Shown piece by piece: positions 1 through 10,214 of a DNA stretch of 64,000 nucleotides; position 1 is the stretch's first letter, and each line of letters begins with the position of its first letter. Origin of the DNA: an uncultured Solirubrobacterales bacterium (GTDB lineage: Bacteria; Actinomycetota; Thermoleophilia; Solirubrobacterales; 70-9); assembly GCA_963728875.1 (NCBI GenBank), contig CAVSLJ010000002.1:461821-525820 (forward strand), written 5' to 3'. The position numbers and the translations under genes were made by a program. The notes below the pieces were generated by a model, which saw only the letters and a program-made list of their open reading frames with translations, ran no database searches and was not told the origin of the DNA.

Positions 1-1
1 C

Positions 2-1597
2 GACGAGATCGAGGCGCTCTACGACCGGACCGAGGGCTGGCCGGCGGCGCTCTACCTGGCGGGGCTGGCGCTCGGAGACAGGAACGACACCTCGGTCGAC
101 GCGACCCACTTCGGCGGCGACGACCGCTTCGTGGCCGACTACATGCGGGATGAGTTCCTCGCGGGCGTTTCGATCGCCCGCCTCAGATTCCTGATGCGGA
201 CCTCGGTTCTCGAGACCCTCGACCCCAAGGTCTGCGACGAGGTTCTCGAGCGGACGGGATCCGGCCGGGTCCTGCGTGAGCTGGCTCGGTCCAAACTTCT
301 ACTGGAGCCGCTGGATCACGCCGACGGCACCTATCGCTACCACCCACTCTTCAAGCAGACGCTGACCGCGGAGCTCCATCGCCGGGAACCCGAGGTCGAG
401 TCCAAGCTCCATCGCCGGGCCAGCGTCTGGTACGCGGATCACGAGCGCTTCGAGGAGGCCATCGATCACGCGACCGCTGCCGGGGATGACGGGCACGCCG
501 CCGAGCTGATCTGGGCTCGCGCCGCGCCCTACCTGGCCGAGGGCCACACCGAGGACCTGCGCCGGTGGCTGGAGCGCTTCAGCGACCGGAAGGTCGCGCG
601 CTCCGCTCAGCTCGCGCTCACGACAGCGCACCTGTATCTGGCGCTTGGTGACGGGAACCTTGGCGCGCACTGGACATCGGTCGCCGGTGAGGCGTTCGAC
701 GAGACCGCGCTCGACGACCCCGACCTCGAGGCCGACCTGCTCATTCTGAGGGCCACCTTGCCGGCCGCCGGAATCGGGCAGATGGGTGCCGACGCGATCC
801 GGGCGGGCGAGCTCCATCCTCCTGAGAGTCCCTGGCGGGCGATGTCGTACTTCTACGCCGGTGTCAGCCGGCACCTCGCGGATGACACCGAGAGCGCCAG
901 GGAGCTGCTCGAGGAGGGAGCGCGCAAGGGATCGGCGACCGCCCCGATAGCCCAGGTCTTCTGCCTCGTCCAGCTGACCTTTCTTCATATGGAGAGGGAC
1001 GACCTCGGGGACGCGCTCCGGGTTGTCGCTCAGGCCAGGGAGCAGCTGGAGCGATTCCGGCTCGGCGAGTATCCGATTCTCGCCTTCTTCTTCGTCGCAT
1101 CCGCGCTGACGCGCGCTCACGAGGGCCGCATCGAGGAGGCCGCCGCCGACGGCAGCCGCGCCCGGGAGATGCTCGAGGCACTCGATGGCTTCCCCGACTG
1201 GTACCAGGGCGAAGCACGCATTCACCTGGCCCGCGCCTGCCTGCTCTTGGACGATTCCTCCGCGGCCAGCGAGTTGCTCGTCGAGGCCGCCGAGTTCGCC
1301 GGCAGGCTCGACGACGCGCCGGCGCTCAGTCGCTGGCTGTCGGAGGCGGAATCGGCGGCCGCCGCCAGGGCCGGCACGGGGGACCGATCGGAACTGACCC
1401 CGGCGGAGCTGAGAACGCTGCGATTCCTGCCGAGCCACCTCTCGTTCCGCGAGATCGCCGAGCAGAGCTTCGTGTCGGCCAATACGGTGAAGACGCAGGC
1501 GCAGGCCATCTATCGAAAGCTGGATGCCACGTCCCGAGGGGAGGCCGTCGAACGCGCACGCGATCGCGGCCTGCTTCAGGATGTATCCCATGGCTGA
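2..1597 (+). CDS. LuxR/MalT-family transcriptional regulator (5' end outside window)
   Basis: The frame is open from the window edge (DEIEALYDRTEGWPAALYLAG..., typical of MalT-like regulators). A TPR-like helical middle is followed by a C-terminal LuxR HTH (LTPAELRTLRFLPSHLSFREIAEQSFVSANTVKTQAQAIYRKL). Confidence 0.8.
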   Translation, partial: DEIEALYDRTEGWPAALYLAGLALGDRNDTSVDATHFGGDDRFVADYMRDEFLAGVSIARLRFLMRTSVLETLDPKVCDEVLERTGSGRVLRELARSKLLLEPLDHADGTYRYHPLFKQTLTAELHRREPEVESKLHRRASVWYADHERFEEAIDHATAAGDDGHAAELIWARAAPYLAEGHTEDLRRWLERFSDRKVARSAQLALTTAHLYLALGDGNLGAHWTSVAGEAFDETALDDPDLEADLLILRATLPAAGIGQMGADAIRAGELHPPESPWRAMSYFYAGVSRHLADDTESARELLEEGARKGSATAPIAQVFCLVQLTFLHMERDDLGDALRVVAQAREQLERFRLGEYPILAFFFVASALTRAHEGRIEEAAADGSRAREMLEALDGFPDWYQGEARIHLARACLLLDDSSAASELLVEAAEFAGRLDDAPALSRWLSEAESAAAARAGTGDRSELTPAELRTLRFLPSHLSFREIAEQSFVSANTVKTQAQAIYRKLDATSRGEAVERARDRGLLQDVSHG

Positions 1598-2981
1598 TCT
1601 CCTCACCGCCGGCGAGAGCGAGGCCGCGGGCAAGGCGGCGCGCAAGCGGACGCCCCGCTCGGCGCTTGGAGGATGGGAGGCGGCTTCCGATCGAACGGAT
1701 CCGGTGGAGATCCTGGTGGGTCAGGACAAGACGCGGGTCCAGCAGCTGGTACCGATCCGCCACGGTCGGATGGCCGCCTCGGCGTTCACCTTCTACCGCG
1801 GGGCTGCGGCGATCATGGCGGAGGACCTAGCCGCCGGCCCGGATTCCGGCCTGATGGTTCAGCTCTGCGGTGACGCGCACCTGTCCAACTTCGGCGTCTT
1901 CGCCGCGCCCGACAGGCGACTGATCTTCGACATCAACGACTTCGACGAGACCCATCCGGGGCCGTTCGAGTGGGACGTCAAACGGCTAGCGGCCAGCTTC
2001 GCGATCGGCGGACGCAACCTGGGCTTCCGCGAATCCGAGCGGCGCGCGGTGCTTGCCGAGGCGGGCGGCGAGTACCGGCGCGAGATGCGCAGGCTGGCGG
2101 CCATGCGCACGCTCGAGGTCTGGTACGAGCGCATGGACGTCGACGCCATCGAGCGCTACCGGTCGCAGATGTCCCGCAAGACGGCGAAGCGCTATGAAAA
2201 GCAGCGAGCCAAGGCGGAGAGCAAGAACAGCATGCGGGCCTTCGCCCGGCTGACGCAGTCGGACGGGGGAGAGGCCCGGATCGTCAGCGACCCGCCCCTG
2301 ATCGTTCCGATCGCGGAGATGTTGGAGGGCGTTGACCCCAAGATGATCGAGAAGCGGCTCCGCGAGGTCTACTCCGCCTACGTGCGATCGCTCGACCGGG
2401 ATGTGCGGCAGCTGGTCGAGCGCTACCGCTTCGTGGACATCGCTCACAAGGTCGTCGGAGTGGGGAGTGTCGGGACCCGTGCCTGGATCCTGCTCCTGCT
2501 CGGCCGCGACTCGCACGATCCCCTGTTCCTGCAGGCGAAGGAGGCCCAGGCTTCGGTGCTCGAGCCCTTCACCGGCGCGGGGCCGTTCAAGCAGCAGGGA
2601 AGGCGCGTCGTGGAAGGGCAGCGCCTGATGCAGGCCGCCAGCGACATCTTCCTGGGCTGGACCACGGCGAAGGGGGTGGACGGGAAGCAGCGGGACTTCT
2701 ACGTCCGCCAGCTCTGGGACGGCAAGGGCTCGGCGGAGATCGAGCGGATGAACCCCACGACCATGGGCCTGTACGCGAAGCTCTGCGGGTGGACCCTCGC
2801 CCGGGCCCACGCCCGCTCGGGCGACCGCTTTGCGATCGCCGCCTACCTCGGCAAGGGAGAGAGCTTCGACCGGGCCATCAGCGACTTCGCCGAGATCTAC
2901 GCGGATCAGAACGACCGCGACTTCAAGGAGTTCACGCAGGCGATCTCCAAGAATCGGCTCGAGGCCATCACCGGGATCTGA
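1590..2981 (+). CDS. DUF2252 family protein
   Basis: Motifs [22 protein letters not shown] and [11 protein letters not shown] are characteristic of DUF2252. ATG 1590 overlaps the LuxR stop (ATGGCTGA) and is preferred over the longer track start at 1524. Confidence 0.75.
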   Translation: MADLLTAGESEAAGKAARKRTPRSALGGWEAASDRTDPVEILVGQDKTRVQQLVPIRHGRMAASAFTFYRGAAAIMAEDLAAGPDSGLMVQLCGDAHLSNFGVFAAPDRRLIFDINDFDETHPGPFEWDVKRLAASFAIGGRNLGFRESERRAVLAEAGGEYRREMRRLAAMRTLEVWYERMDVDAIERYRSQMSRKTAKRYEKQRAKAESKNSMRAFARLTQSDGGEARIVSDPPLIVPIAEMLEGVDPKMIEKRLREVYSAYVRSLDRDVRQLVERYRFVDIAHKVVGVGSVGTRAWILLLLGRDSHDPLFLQAKEAQASVLEPFTGAGPFKQQGRRVVEGQRLMQAASDIFLGWTTAKGVDGKQRDFYVRQLWDGKGSAEIERMNPTTMGLYAKLCGWTLARAHARSGDRFAIAAYLGKGESFDRAISDFAEIYADQNDRDFKEFTQAISKNRLEAITGI

Positions 2982-4134
2982 TCTCGGCCGCACGTCGCTC
3001 CAGGAAGCGCCGTTCCGGATCCGAGTGCACGAGCTCGAGCGCCCGCTCATAGGCCGCCAGGGCTTCGTCGTCCCGGCCGAGGCGGCCCAGCAGCTCCGCG
3101 CGGGTGCTGTGCAGATAGTGGTAGCCCTGCAGGTCGAGGCCGTCGGCCAGCTGCAGCGCGGCGGCCGGGTCGCCGGCCTCGGCGATGGCGGCGGCCCTGT
3201 TCAGCTCCACGACCGGTGATCCCGTCAGCCGCGCGAGCTCCCCATAGAGCGCGGCGATCTGCGGCCAGTCCACCTCCTCTTCCGTATGCAGAATGGCGAT
3301 CGCGGCCTGCAGCACATACGGGCCACGACCGCCGAGAGCCATCGCGCGATCCAGCGCCGTCCGGCCCCGCCCGATCTCCTCGTCGTCCCAGAGCGAGCGA
3401 TTCTGATCGGCGAGCAGGACCAGCTCGCCCTCCGCGAACCGCGCCTCGCTGCGAGCTTCGTTGGCCAGCATGAGCGCGAGGAGCCCGAACACCTCCGGCT
3501 CGTCCGGCATCAGCTCGGCCAGCGCCCGGTCGATCCGGATCGCCTCCGCGGCGAGGTCCCCGCGCCCGCCGTAGCCCTCGTTGAAGATCAGATAGATCAC
3601 CGCCAGCACGGCGGCGAGCCGGTCGGGAAGAAGGTGGGGAGGAGGCACGCGGAACGGGATCCCGGCCGCCTCGATCTTGTGCTTCGCGCGGACCAGCCGC
3701 TTGGCCATCGTCTCCTTCGGGACGAGAAAGGCGCGGGCGATCTCCTCCGTGGTCAGGCCGCCGAGCGTCCGCAGCGTCAGCGCAACCTGGCCTTCGAGCG
3801 CCAGGGCGGGGTGGCAGCAGGTGAAGAGCAGCTCGAGGCGCTCGTCGGGAATGGTGGTCCCATCCATTTCGTCCTCCGTGGCCTCCGGCACGTCGAGCAG
3901 GCGCGTCTTCTCGGCGAGGGTGCGGTCCCGCCGGATCCGGTCGATGGCCCGGTTGCGGGCGGTCGTCACCAGCCAGGCCCTGGGGTTGTCAGGCGTCCCC
4001 TCGCGGGGCCAGCGCTCCGCCGCGACCGCGAACGCCTCCTGAGCGGCCTCCTCGGCGAGCTCGAAGCTGCCGAGGAAGCCGATCAGGCTGGCGAGGACGC
4101 GGCCCCATTCGTCTCGGAAGACCTGCTCGAGGAT
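2968..4134 (-). CDS. ECF-type RNA polymerase sigma factor with long C-terminal TPR-like extension; start codon uncertain and non-canonical
   Basis: Region 2 ([19 protein letters not shown]) and region 4 ([33 protein letters not shown]) are recognisable. The conserved N-terminus continues upstream of the GTG at 3969 with no canonical start. It is paired with a YciI gene, as is usual for this sigma group. Confidence 0.75.
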   Translation of the reverse strand: MLEQVFRDEWGRVLASLIGFLGSFELAEEAAQEAFAVAAERWPREGTPDNPRAWLVTTARNRAIDRIRRDRTLAEKTRLLDVPEATEDEMDGTTIPDERLELLFTCCHPALALEGQVALTLRTLGGLTTEEIARAFLVPKETMAKRLVRAKHKIEAAGIPFRVPPPHLLPDRLAAVLAVIYLIFNEGYGGRGDLAAEAIRIDRALAELMPDEPEVFGLLALMLANEARSEARFAEGELVLLADQNRSLWDDEEIGRGRTALDRAMALGGRGPYVLQAAIAILHTEEEVDWPQIAALYGELARLTGSPVVELNRAAAIAEAGDPAAALQLADGLDLQGYHYLHSTRAELLGRLGRDDEALAAYERALELVHSDPERRFLERRAAEIRSR

Positions 4135-4136
4135 CG

Positions 4137-4496
4137 CTATCCCCCGTGGACAGGCCGGATCTCGATCGCGCCGCCCAGGCGGGCCGCCGGGATCCGCGCC
4201 GCCAACTCGATGGCGGCGTCAAGGTCGTCGGCCTCATAGGTGAGCCAGCCGCCGAGCGCCTCCTTGACGGACACGAACGGCCCATCGGTGGTCAGCGTCT
4301 TGTCGTCCTCGACGCGAACGGTGGTCGCGGTCTCCGGCGAATCCAGCCGCACGTCGTTCGGCGTGACGCCGGGGGTTTCGTTGACCGCCATGTAGTCGGT
4401 GTAGACCTGCTTCCGCTCGTCCTCTGAGAGCTTTTCCCAGGCCTCATTGCCGGGGACCGCGCCGGCCCCCTGATGGATCAGCAGCACGTACTTCAT
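4137..4496 (-). CDS. YciI-like (YCII/DGPF domain) protein
   Basis: Small protein MKYVLLIH...DGPF...[22 protein letters not shown], the typical YCII domain. It lies immediately upstream of the ECF sigma gene. Confidence 0.8.
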   Translation of the reverse strand: MKYVLLIHQGAGAVPGNEAWEKLSEDERKQVYTDYMAVNETPGVTPNDVRLDSPETATTVRVEDDKTLTTDGPFVSVKEALGGWLTYEADDLDAAIELAARIPAARLGGAIEIRPVHGG

Positions 4497-4559
4497 GGCT
4501 ACCTCCTTGTTGAGAGTGTCGCCTCAGAGACGAACGGAGGATCGCGAAATGGACAGCCC

Positions 4560-5951
4560 TCAGTGGGTGACGCTGGTCTTGACCCGCTTGCGCTCGGACT
4601 CGCTGACCGGACCCTTCTTGTCCAGGGTCTTGAGCGCATCCGCGATGTCCTCCACCAGCCGATCGACCAGGGACCGGCTCAGGTTGACCTTGACGAGCGC
4701 CCGCATCATCTTCACGTCCTGCGCATCCGGCGGCATCGTGTAGGCGGGCACCATCCAGCCGCGCTCGGCCGAGAGCTGGAAGGCGATGTCGAACTCGTCG
4801 TAGGCGCGCTGCTCGGCGAAATTGAACGCGACCAGGGGCAGCGTCTCCTCGCCCTTGCCGATGATCTGGAACGGGCCCATGCCCTCGAGGTCCTTGGCGA
4901 GCGCGTCGGCATTCTCCCGCATGATCTCCATGATCAGCCGATAGCCGGCCTTGCCGAAGCGGACGAAGTTGTAGTACTGGGCCAGCACCATCGCGGAGCC
5001 GGTCGAGAAGTTGAGCGTGAAGGTCGCGTCGGTCTTGCCGAGGTAGTTCTCGTAGAAGACGAGGTCCTCGGCGAGGTCGGACTTCTCGCGGAAGATCAGC
5101 CAGCCGATCCCCGGGTAGACCATTCCGAACTTGTGCCCTGATGCGTTGATCGAGCGGACCTGCTCGAGGCGGAAGTCCCATTTCGAGTCCGGGTATAGGA
5201 AGGGCCAGACGAAGGCGCCGCTGGCGCCGTCGATGTGCAGGGGGATGTCGAGCCCCTTCTCGTTCTTGCGGCTGAGCAGCAGCTCGTTGATCCCGACGAC
5301 GTCATCGGCGTGGCCGGTGAAGGTGGTCCCGACCACGGCCGCCACGCCGATCGTGTTCTCATCGAGGTGGGGCTCCACGTCCTCCGGGCCGATCGTGTAC
5401 TTGCCGGCCTGGAGGGGGACGATTCGCGGCTCGACGTCGAAGTAGCGGCAGAACTTCTCCCAGACGACGTGCACGTCCCCGCCGAAGACGAGGTTGGGCT
5501 TGTCGGTCGGCTTTCCATCGGCCTCTCGCCGCTTCCGCCAGTTCCACTTGAGCGAGAGAGCGCCGAGCATGATCGCCTCTGAGGAGCCCTGCGTCCGGGC
5601 GCCGGTCGTCTCGCCCGGGGCGTTGAAGAGTGCGGCGAGCATCCTGATACAGCGCTGCTCGATCTCGGCGGTCATCGGGTACTCAGCGTGATCGATGAAG
5701 TTCCGGTGCAGGTTCTCGTCGATCACCACGCGGGCCTCGGGCTCCATCCAGGTGGTGACGAAGGTCGCCAGGTTCCGCTCGGGGATTCCCTCTACGGCGA
5801 GCTCCTGGGTAACGAGACGCATCGCGGCGATCGAGTCCATCGCGTGCTCGGGAATCGCCTCCTGAGGGGCGTCCTCCACCAGCCAGGCGCCTCGCGGCTC
5901 CTCCTTGAACTGATCGAGCAGCTTGCTCAGCTTGTCCTTGCCGGTCGCCAT
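4560..5951 (-). CDS. gadB: Glutamate decarboxylase (PLP-dependent)
   Basis: Full-length 463 aa with the group II decarboxylase PLP-lysine motif SINASGHKFG and a Gad-like N-terminus (NLATFVTTWMEPEA). Confidence 0.9.
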   Translation of the reverse strand: MATGKDKLSKLLDQFKEEPRGAWLVEDAPQEAIPEHAMDSIAAMRLVTQELAVEGIPERNLATFVTTWMEPEARVVIDENLHRNFIDHAEYPMTAEIEQRCIRMLAALFNAPGETTGARTQGSSEAIMLGALSLKWNWRKRREADGKPTDKPNLVFGGDVHVVWEKFCRYFDVEPRIVPLQAGKYTIGPEDVEPHLDENTIGVAAVVGTTFTGHADDVVGINELLLSRKNEKGLDIPLHIDGASGAFVWPFLYPDSKWDFRLEQVRSINASGHKFGMVYPGIGWLIFREKSDLAEDLVFYENYLGKTDATFTLNFSTGSAMVLAQYYNFVRFGKAGYRLIMEIMRENADALAKDLEGMGPFQIIGKGEETLPLVAFNFAEQRAYDEFDIAFQLSAERGWMVPAYTMPPDAQDVKMMRALVKVNLSRSLVDRLVEDIADALKTLDKKGPVSESERKRVKTSVTH

Positions 5952-6077
5952 CAGTCTTTCGCAGCCAACCCTAGCTAGTGGTCGCTGTCGTCATCCCGAT
6001 CGGGTGAAATCTCCCCCCGGCGGTTCTCGCCTCGTCCGATCGGGTAGACCGACGGTGCAGCTACGAGAGGAGGCTTC

Positions 6078-6425
6078 ATGGCCGACCGCATGGTTCACCC
6101 AGATGAGTGGCGGGCTTCGGAGAACATGCCGCCGCTCAGCAGGGAGGACATCATCAGCATCGCGGTGGCCGGGCTTGGGACCGCGGCCGTCATCCTGATC
6201 GCCTTGGTCAGCGCCGGGGGGGAGCACGGCAACTACAGCAACGTCACCATCGCTCGCACCCTGATCGCCACCGGGATCCTGTTGATCAACATGGCGCACG
6301 TGGTCGGGATCCTGTTCTTCGAGAGCGTCGACTATCACGGACCGTTCCAGCACTTCATCGCGCGGCTGAGCACGTTCGGGACGATCGGCGCCATCGTCGT
6401 CAGCCTCGCCATCGGCCTGCTCTGA
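6078..6425 (+). CDS. Small integral membrane protein (about 3 TM), unknown function
   Basis: Three hydrophobic segments are present. A GAGAGGAGG Shine-Dalgarno lies 6 nt before the ATG. Confidence 0.6.
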   Translation: MADRMVHPDEWRASENMPPLSREDIISIAVAGLGTAAVILIALVSAGGEHGNYSNVTIARTLIATGILLINMAHVVGILFFESVDYHGPFQHFIARLSTFGTIGAIVVSLAIGLL

Positions 6426-6462
6426 ACGGCTGGGCGTCCTGGCCGGCGGCTAGGTTCGCCGC

Positions 6463-6840
6463 ATGAACCCAAGAACCGCAGTGATACTGGCCGGGCTGGC
6501 GCTGGTTGTCGGCGTCGTCGGCCTCGTGATCGGAATCAGCGCCAAGAACGGCAACCAGAGCGATCAGGACATCGCCGACGCGACCAAGACCCAGCTCGAG
6601 CAGCAGCTCGGCACGACGGCGTCCCAGGTCCAGGGCACGGAGCAGGCCCAGGCCACGAAGCAAGCCGACGTGACCGCCAACGTCAACAAGCAGTTGCGCG
6701 CGCTGCGCACATCGGTGACCGCGATCCAGGCCAGCGTCAACACCCTGAACACGACGACCGCGACGCAGGCGACCGACATCAAGAACCTGCAGAAAGACGT
6801 CGACAAGCTGGATATGAGGGTCAGCAACCTCGGCGGCTAG
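6463..6840 (+). CDS. N-terminally membrane-anchored Q/T-rich coiled-coil protein, unknown function
   Basis: One N-terminal TM segment (AVILAGLALVVGVVGLVIGI) is followed by a heptad-like Q/T/A-rich region. A strong hairpin follows the gene. Confidence 0.55.
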   Translation: MNPRTAVILAGLALVVGVVGLVIGISAKNGNQSDQDIADATKTQLEQQLGTTASQVQGTEQAQATKQADVTANVNKQLRALRTSVTAIQASVNTLNTTTATQATDIKNLQKDVDKLDMRVSNLGG

Positions 6841-6860
6841 CCGCGAACCGCCATGCAGCA

Positions 6861-6892
6861 CGAAGGGCCGCCTCCTGGGAGGCGGCCCTTCG
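6861..6892 (+). terminator. GC-rich hairpin (CGAAGGGCCGCCTCC / GGAGGCGGCCCTTCG), terminator-like, no clear U-tract
   Basis: Near-perfect inverted repeat 21 nt after the stop at 6840. Almost the same arm sequence recurs at 17901-17926. Confidence 0.5.
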
Positions 6893-7160
6893 CATTTGAC
6901 GCGGTGATGAACGAGCTTGGGAGTGGCGGTGGGGCGGGACGGCTCCCACCTCCGTTCGCTCGCCGGTGCCCGGGTTGGATTCCGCCGGACAGCCGCGTGC
7001 CGTCCTGACGGCCCCTTGGGCCCTACGTAACAGCGCCCGGGCCTAGCGGCCCTGCACCTCCAGAGTCCCGTCAAGCAATGAATTCAAGTTAGGACCACCT
7101 CCTTTCTCTGGTCCCACTATTCAAGCATGCGCCCCGGCCGTGGCTAGAGTGCGCGTCCAG

Positions 7161-7634
7161 ATGATCCGCCGGCACTGGATTCCGATGGTCCTTGTGATCG
7201 CCCTGGTCGGTGCCGTCGGTGCCGGCTGCGGCGGCGGGAAGGAGCAGGTGTCGGCCGCGGAGCTTGTCCAGAAGGCAGACCAGGCCTGTCAGGAGGAGCA
7301 GAGCCGGTTCCGCGAGATCCAGGCGACGCCTCCGGCCAACGCCTCCGAGGCCGCCGACCAGACCAAGGCGCTGATCGAGGCAGCCGAGAACGCCAGTTCC
7401 ACGATCGGCGACCTCGAGCCGCCCGATGAGCTCCGGACGCAGTTCGACGCCTATCTCAATGCCCGCGATCAGGCGATCGAGGACCTGAAGAAGGGGCAGG
7501 ACGCCGCCGAGGACCAGGACTCACATGCGTACGGGGAGGCGCAGTCAGCGGTGACGAAGAGCGCGCCCCATCGGAAGAAGCTCGCCGGCTCCCTCGGCTT
7601 CACGGTCTGCAGCCGGAACGCCGGAGCCGCCTGA
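7161..7634 (+). CDS. Putative lipoprotein, unknown function
   Basis: Signal peptide ending in the lipobox-like VGAGC (MIRRHWIPMVLVIALVGAVGAGCGGG). The start could instead be GTG 7140. Confidence 0.55.
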   Translation: MIRRHWIPMVLVIALVGAVGAGCGGGKEQVSAAELVQKADQACQEEQSRFREIQATPPANASEAADQTKALIEAAENASSTIGDLEPPDELRTQFDAYLNARDQAIEDLKKGQDAAEDQDSHAYGEAQSAVTKSAPHRKKLAGSLGFTVCSRNAGAA

Positions 7635-7639
7635 CCCTC

Positions 7640-7990
7640 CTAGGACTCGGTCTGCGAGAGGTAGGCGAAGCCCAGCGTCATCGCCAGGTTGCTGAGGCCC
7701 GCGAACCAGAGCCCGGCACGGGCGCCGGGCCGCGAGAACGCTGGTGAGCGCGACCAGATGATGTCGGTGGCGAGCTCGGTGCCGCGGAGCCAGGAGAGCG
7801 CCCACCAGTCCTTCGGCCGGTTGCGGCGGTAGGCCACCAGATGGGCGGCCGCGAAGGTGAGCCAGATCGGGCCGCAGCGGCGAAAGAGCTCCCTGGCGTC
7901 GTCGGAGGGCTCGTCGTGGCCCAACACCCGCAGGGTCTGCGACGGCGCCAGCAGGGCGCCCGACCCCAGCACGAGGTCGAAGGCGATCAT
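7640..7990 (-). CDS. Hypothetical small membrane protein
   Basis: Only the last 116 codons of track ORF 7640..8296 look protein-like (hydrophobic segments, ATG at 7990). The N-terminal part of that ORF is Arg-rich and looks non-coding. Confidence 0.35.
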   Translation of the reverse strand: MIAFDLVLGSGALLAPSQTLRVLGHDEPSDDARELFRRCGPIWLTFAAAHLVAYRRNRPKDWWALSWLRGTELATDIIWSRSPAFSRPGARAGLWFAGLSNLAMTLGFAYLSQTES

Positions 7991-8262
7991 GTTCCGGTTC
8001 GTCCGGCGGAGCTGCCCGTCGAGGCTCACGCCACGATCCAAGCACATTCGCGGAATGAGACGACCGATTCCCAGTCCCTGTACGCCCGGATGACGCACCT
8101 GGCACGTCGCAGCTCTGCGTCCTCGGGCTCGCCTTTGGCACCACCAAAGGCTTCGCCCTGCGTCCTTGATCTGCTCGACCAGCCGCGCCCCCGGTCGCAC
8201 ACGGATTAGAAATCGATCGTCGGCAAGAAGGGAAACCCAGGCGGGCAGCGAAATCATCGCCC

Positions 8263-9132
8263 GTGGCACGGACCGCGACCAAGACCCATCCCACACGGAA
8301 GAGCCTCTCGGACTTCATCACCGAGCGCTTCGACGACTTCTCGCGCTCCCAGAAGGACGTGGCTCGCTACATCGTCGACCACCTCGACGAGGCGGCCTTC
8401 CAGACGGCCGAGGAGCTGGCGCGCCGCGCCAACACCTCGTCCTCGACGGTCGTCCGCTTCTCCCAGGCCCTCGGTTTCGACGGCTACCCGGAGCTCCAGC
8501 AGGCAGCGATCGAGGAGTACCGCCACAAGGTCGCCGAGGGCCAGCCGAACGGCAACGGGGGGAGCGGCGCAGCGGCCCTCTTCAACTTCGACCACTCGGA
8601 GTTCGAGGCCTCGCTCGGCGCGGACTACTCGAACATCGAGGAGACGGCCCGCAGCCTGACGCGCGAGCAGATCGAGGCGTCGGTCTCTGCGCTCGCCACC
8701 TCCAGGCGCGTGCTGATCGTGGGCGTGGAGCAGATGGCCTTCTTCGCCAGCTACCTCCGCCATCTGCTCGGGCTGCTCGACGTCCGCGCGGAGATCGTCG
8801 CCTCCCCGAGCCAGGACAACATCCAGAAGCTTTCGCGGATGGACGAGGACACCCTGCTGGTCGTGCTGACCGCCGGGCGCGCGCATCCGCTCATCCTGCG
8901 GGCCCTGAAGCTCGCTCGCCACCGCCGCGCGCGGACCATGTCGATCACCGACGCGACGCTCTCGGATGTGGCCGAGCACTCGGAGCTGATGCTCTACTAC
9001 TCGTCGAACGGCCCGTCCTACATCCGCTCCAACGCGGCGCTGATGGGCCTCGTCCAGGCACTCGCCCACGGGGTCTATTCCCGCGACGAGGCGGCGCATC
9101 GGGACCGAATCCGCGCCTTCAAGCTGAAGTAG
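8263..9132 (+). CDS. MurR/RpiR-family transcriptional regulator (HTH + SIS domain)
   Basis: N-terminal HTH_6 signature (FSRSQKDVARYIVDHLDEAAFQTAEELARRANTSSSTVVRFSQALGFDGYPELQ) followed by an SIS-like domain. Confidence 0.85.
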   Translation: MARTATKTHPTRKSLSDFITERFDDFSRSQKDVARYIVDHLDEAAFQTAEELARRANTSSSTVVRFSQALGFDGYPELQQAAIEEYRHKVAEGQPNGNGGSGAAALFNFDHSEFEASLGADYSNIEETARSLTREQIEASVSALATSRRVLIVGVEQMAFFASYLRHLLGLLDVRAEIVASPSQDNIQKLSRMDEDTLLVVLTAGRAHPLILRALKLARHRRARTMSITDATLSDVAEHSELMLYYSSNGPSYIRSNAALMGLVQALAHGVYSRDEAAHRDRIRAFKLK

Positions 9133-9325
9133 CCGGCGTTTTCGCATAGCCGCAGGCCCGGGGGGCGATCCGGACCTGCAGCCGATATCGGGGTCCGGGG
9201 GAATGGACCCCAAATCAATCTGAGTGAACCCGGCCCCGCCTTCCAGAAGCCCCCTATCGGCGAGGTACAAGGAAGGTTGCCCGACCACCAATGAGGCAAA
9301 CACGCCTCCCTTCTACTATGGGGCC

Positions 9326-10213
9326 ATGCCAGAGCGAGCGACCTTCCGAGTAAAGACCGGTCTCGCCGAGATGCTCAAGGGCGGGGTGATCATGGACGTC
9401 ACCAACGCGGAGCAGGCGAAGATCGCCGAGGACGCCGGGGCCTGCGCCGTGATGGCCCTCGAGCGCGTGCCGGCGGACATCCGCGCACAGGGCGGCGTCG
9501 CCCGCATGTCGAACCCGGCCGTGATCAGGGAGATCCAGGACGCGGTGACGATCCCGGTGATGGCCAAGGCCCGGATCGGCCACTTCGCCGAGGCGCAGGT
9601 CCTTCAGTCCCTCGAGGTCGACTACGTCGACGAGTCCGAGGTCCTGACGCCGGCCGACGAGTCGAACCACATCGACAAGTTCGCCTTCGAGATCCCGTTC
9701 GTCTGCGGCGCCACCAACCTCGGCGAGGCCCTTCGCCGGCTCGGCGAGGGCGCGGCGATGATCCGCTCGAAGGGCGAGGCCGGCACCGGCAACATCGTCG
9801 AGGCCGTTCGGCACATGCGCGAGATCACCGGTGGCATCAAGCACCTCGCGTCGCTCCGCAATGAGCAGCTCGCGGGGGCCGCAAAGGAGCACCAGGCGCC
9901 GCTCGACGTCGTCCAGGACGTCGCGGAGCGAGGCTGGCTGCCGGTTCCCCTCTTCTGCGCCGGCGGAATCGCCACCCCGGCGGACGCCGCGCTGATGATG
10001 CAGCTCGGGGCCGAGGGCAACTTCGTCGGCTCGGGCATCTTCAAGAGCGAGGACCCCGCCCGGCGCGCCCGCGCCATCGTCGAGGCCACCACCCACTTCG
10101 AGGACGCCCAGCGCGTCGCCCAGGCCTCGATGGAGCTGGGGGACGCGATGCCCGGCCTCGAGATCGAGGCATTGGCCCAGGACGGCGGCCTGCTGCAGGG
10201 CCGCGGCGCGTAG
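9326..10213 (+). CDS. pdxS: Pyridoxal 5'-phosphate synthase, lyase subunit PdxS
   Basis: Highly conserved PdxS sequence ([42 protein letters not shown]...). ATG 9326 gives the normal length. Confidence 0.95.
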   Translation: MPERATFRVKTGLAEMLKGGVIMDVTNAEQAKIAEDAGACAVMALERVPADIRAQGGVARMSNPAVIREIQDAVTIPVMAKARIGHFAEAQVLQSLEVDYVDESEVLTPADESNHIDKFAFEIPFVCGATNLGEALRRLGEGAAMIRSKGEAGTGNIVEAVRHMREITGGIKHLASLRNEQLAGAAKEHQAPLDVVQDVAERGWLPVPLFCAGGIATPADAALMMQLGAEGNFVGSGIFKSEDPARRARAIVEATTHFEDAQRVAQASMELGDAMPGLEIEALAQDGGLLQGRGA

Positions 10214-10214
10214 T

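Noticed and set aside
7095-7107. CCACCTCCTTTCT as a fragment of a 16S rRNA gene
   Set aside because: The flanking sequence bears no resemblance to the conserved 16S 3' domain (no GTAACAAGGTAGCCGTA... context). It is an isolated 12-13 nt match inside a hairpin loop.
8166-9303. Alternative-frame ORFs (8166..9149 plus strand, 8254..9303 minus strand) competing with the RpiR gene
   Set aside because: The RpiR frame has a clear HTH_6 plus SIS signature. The competitors are Arg/Gly/Pro-rich.
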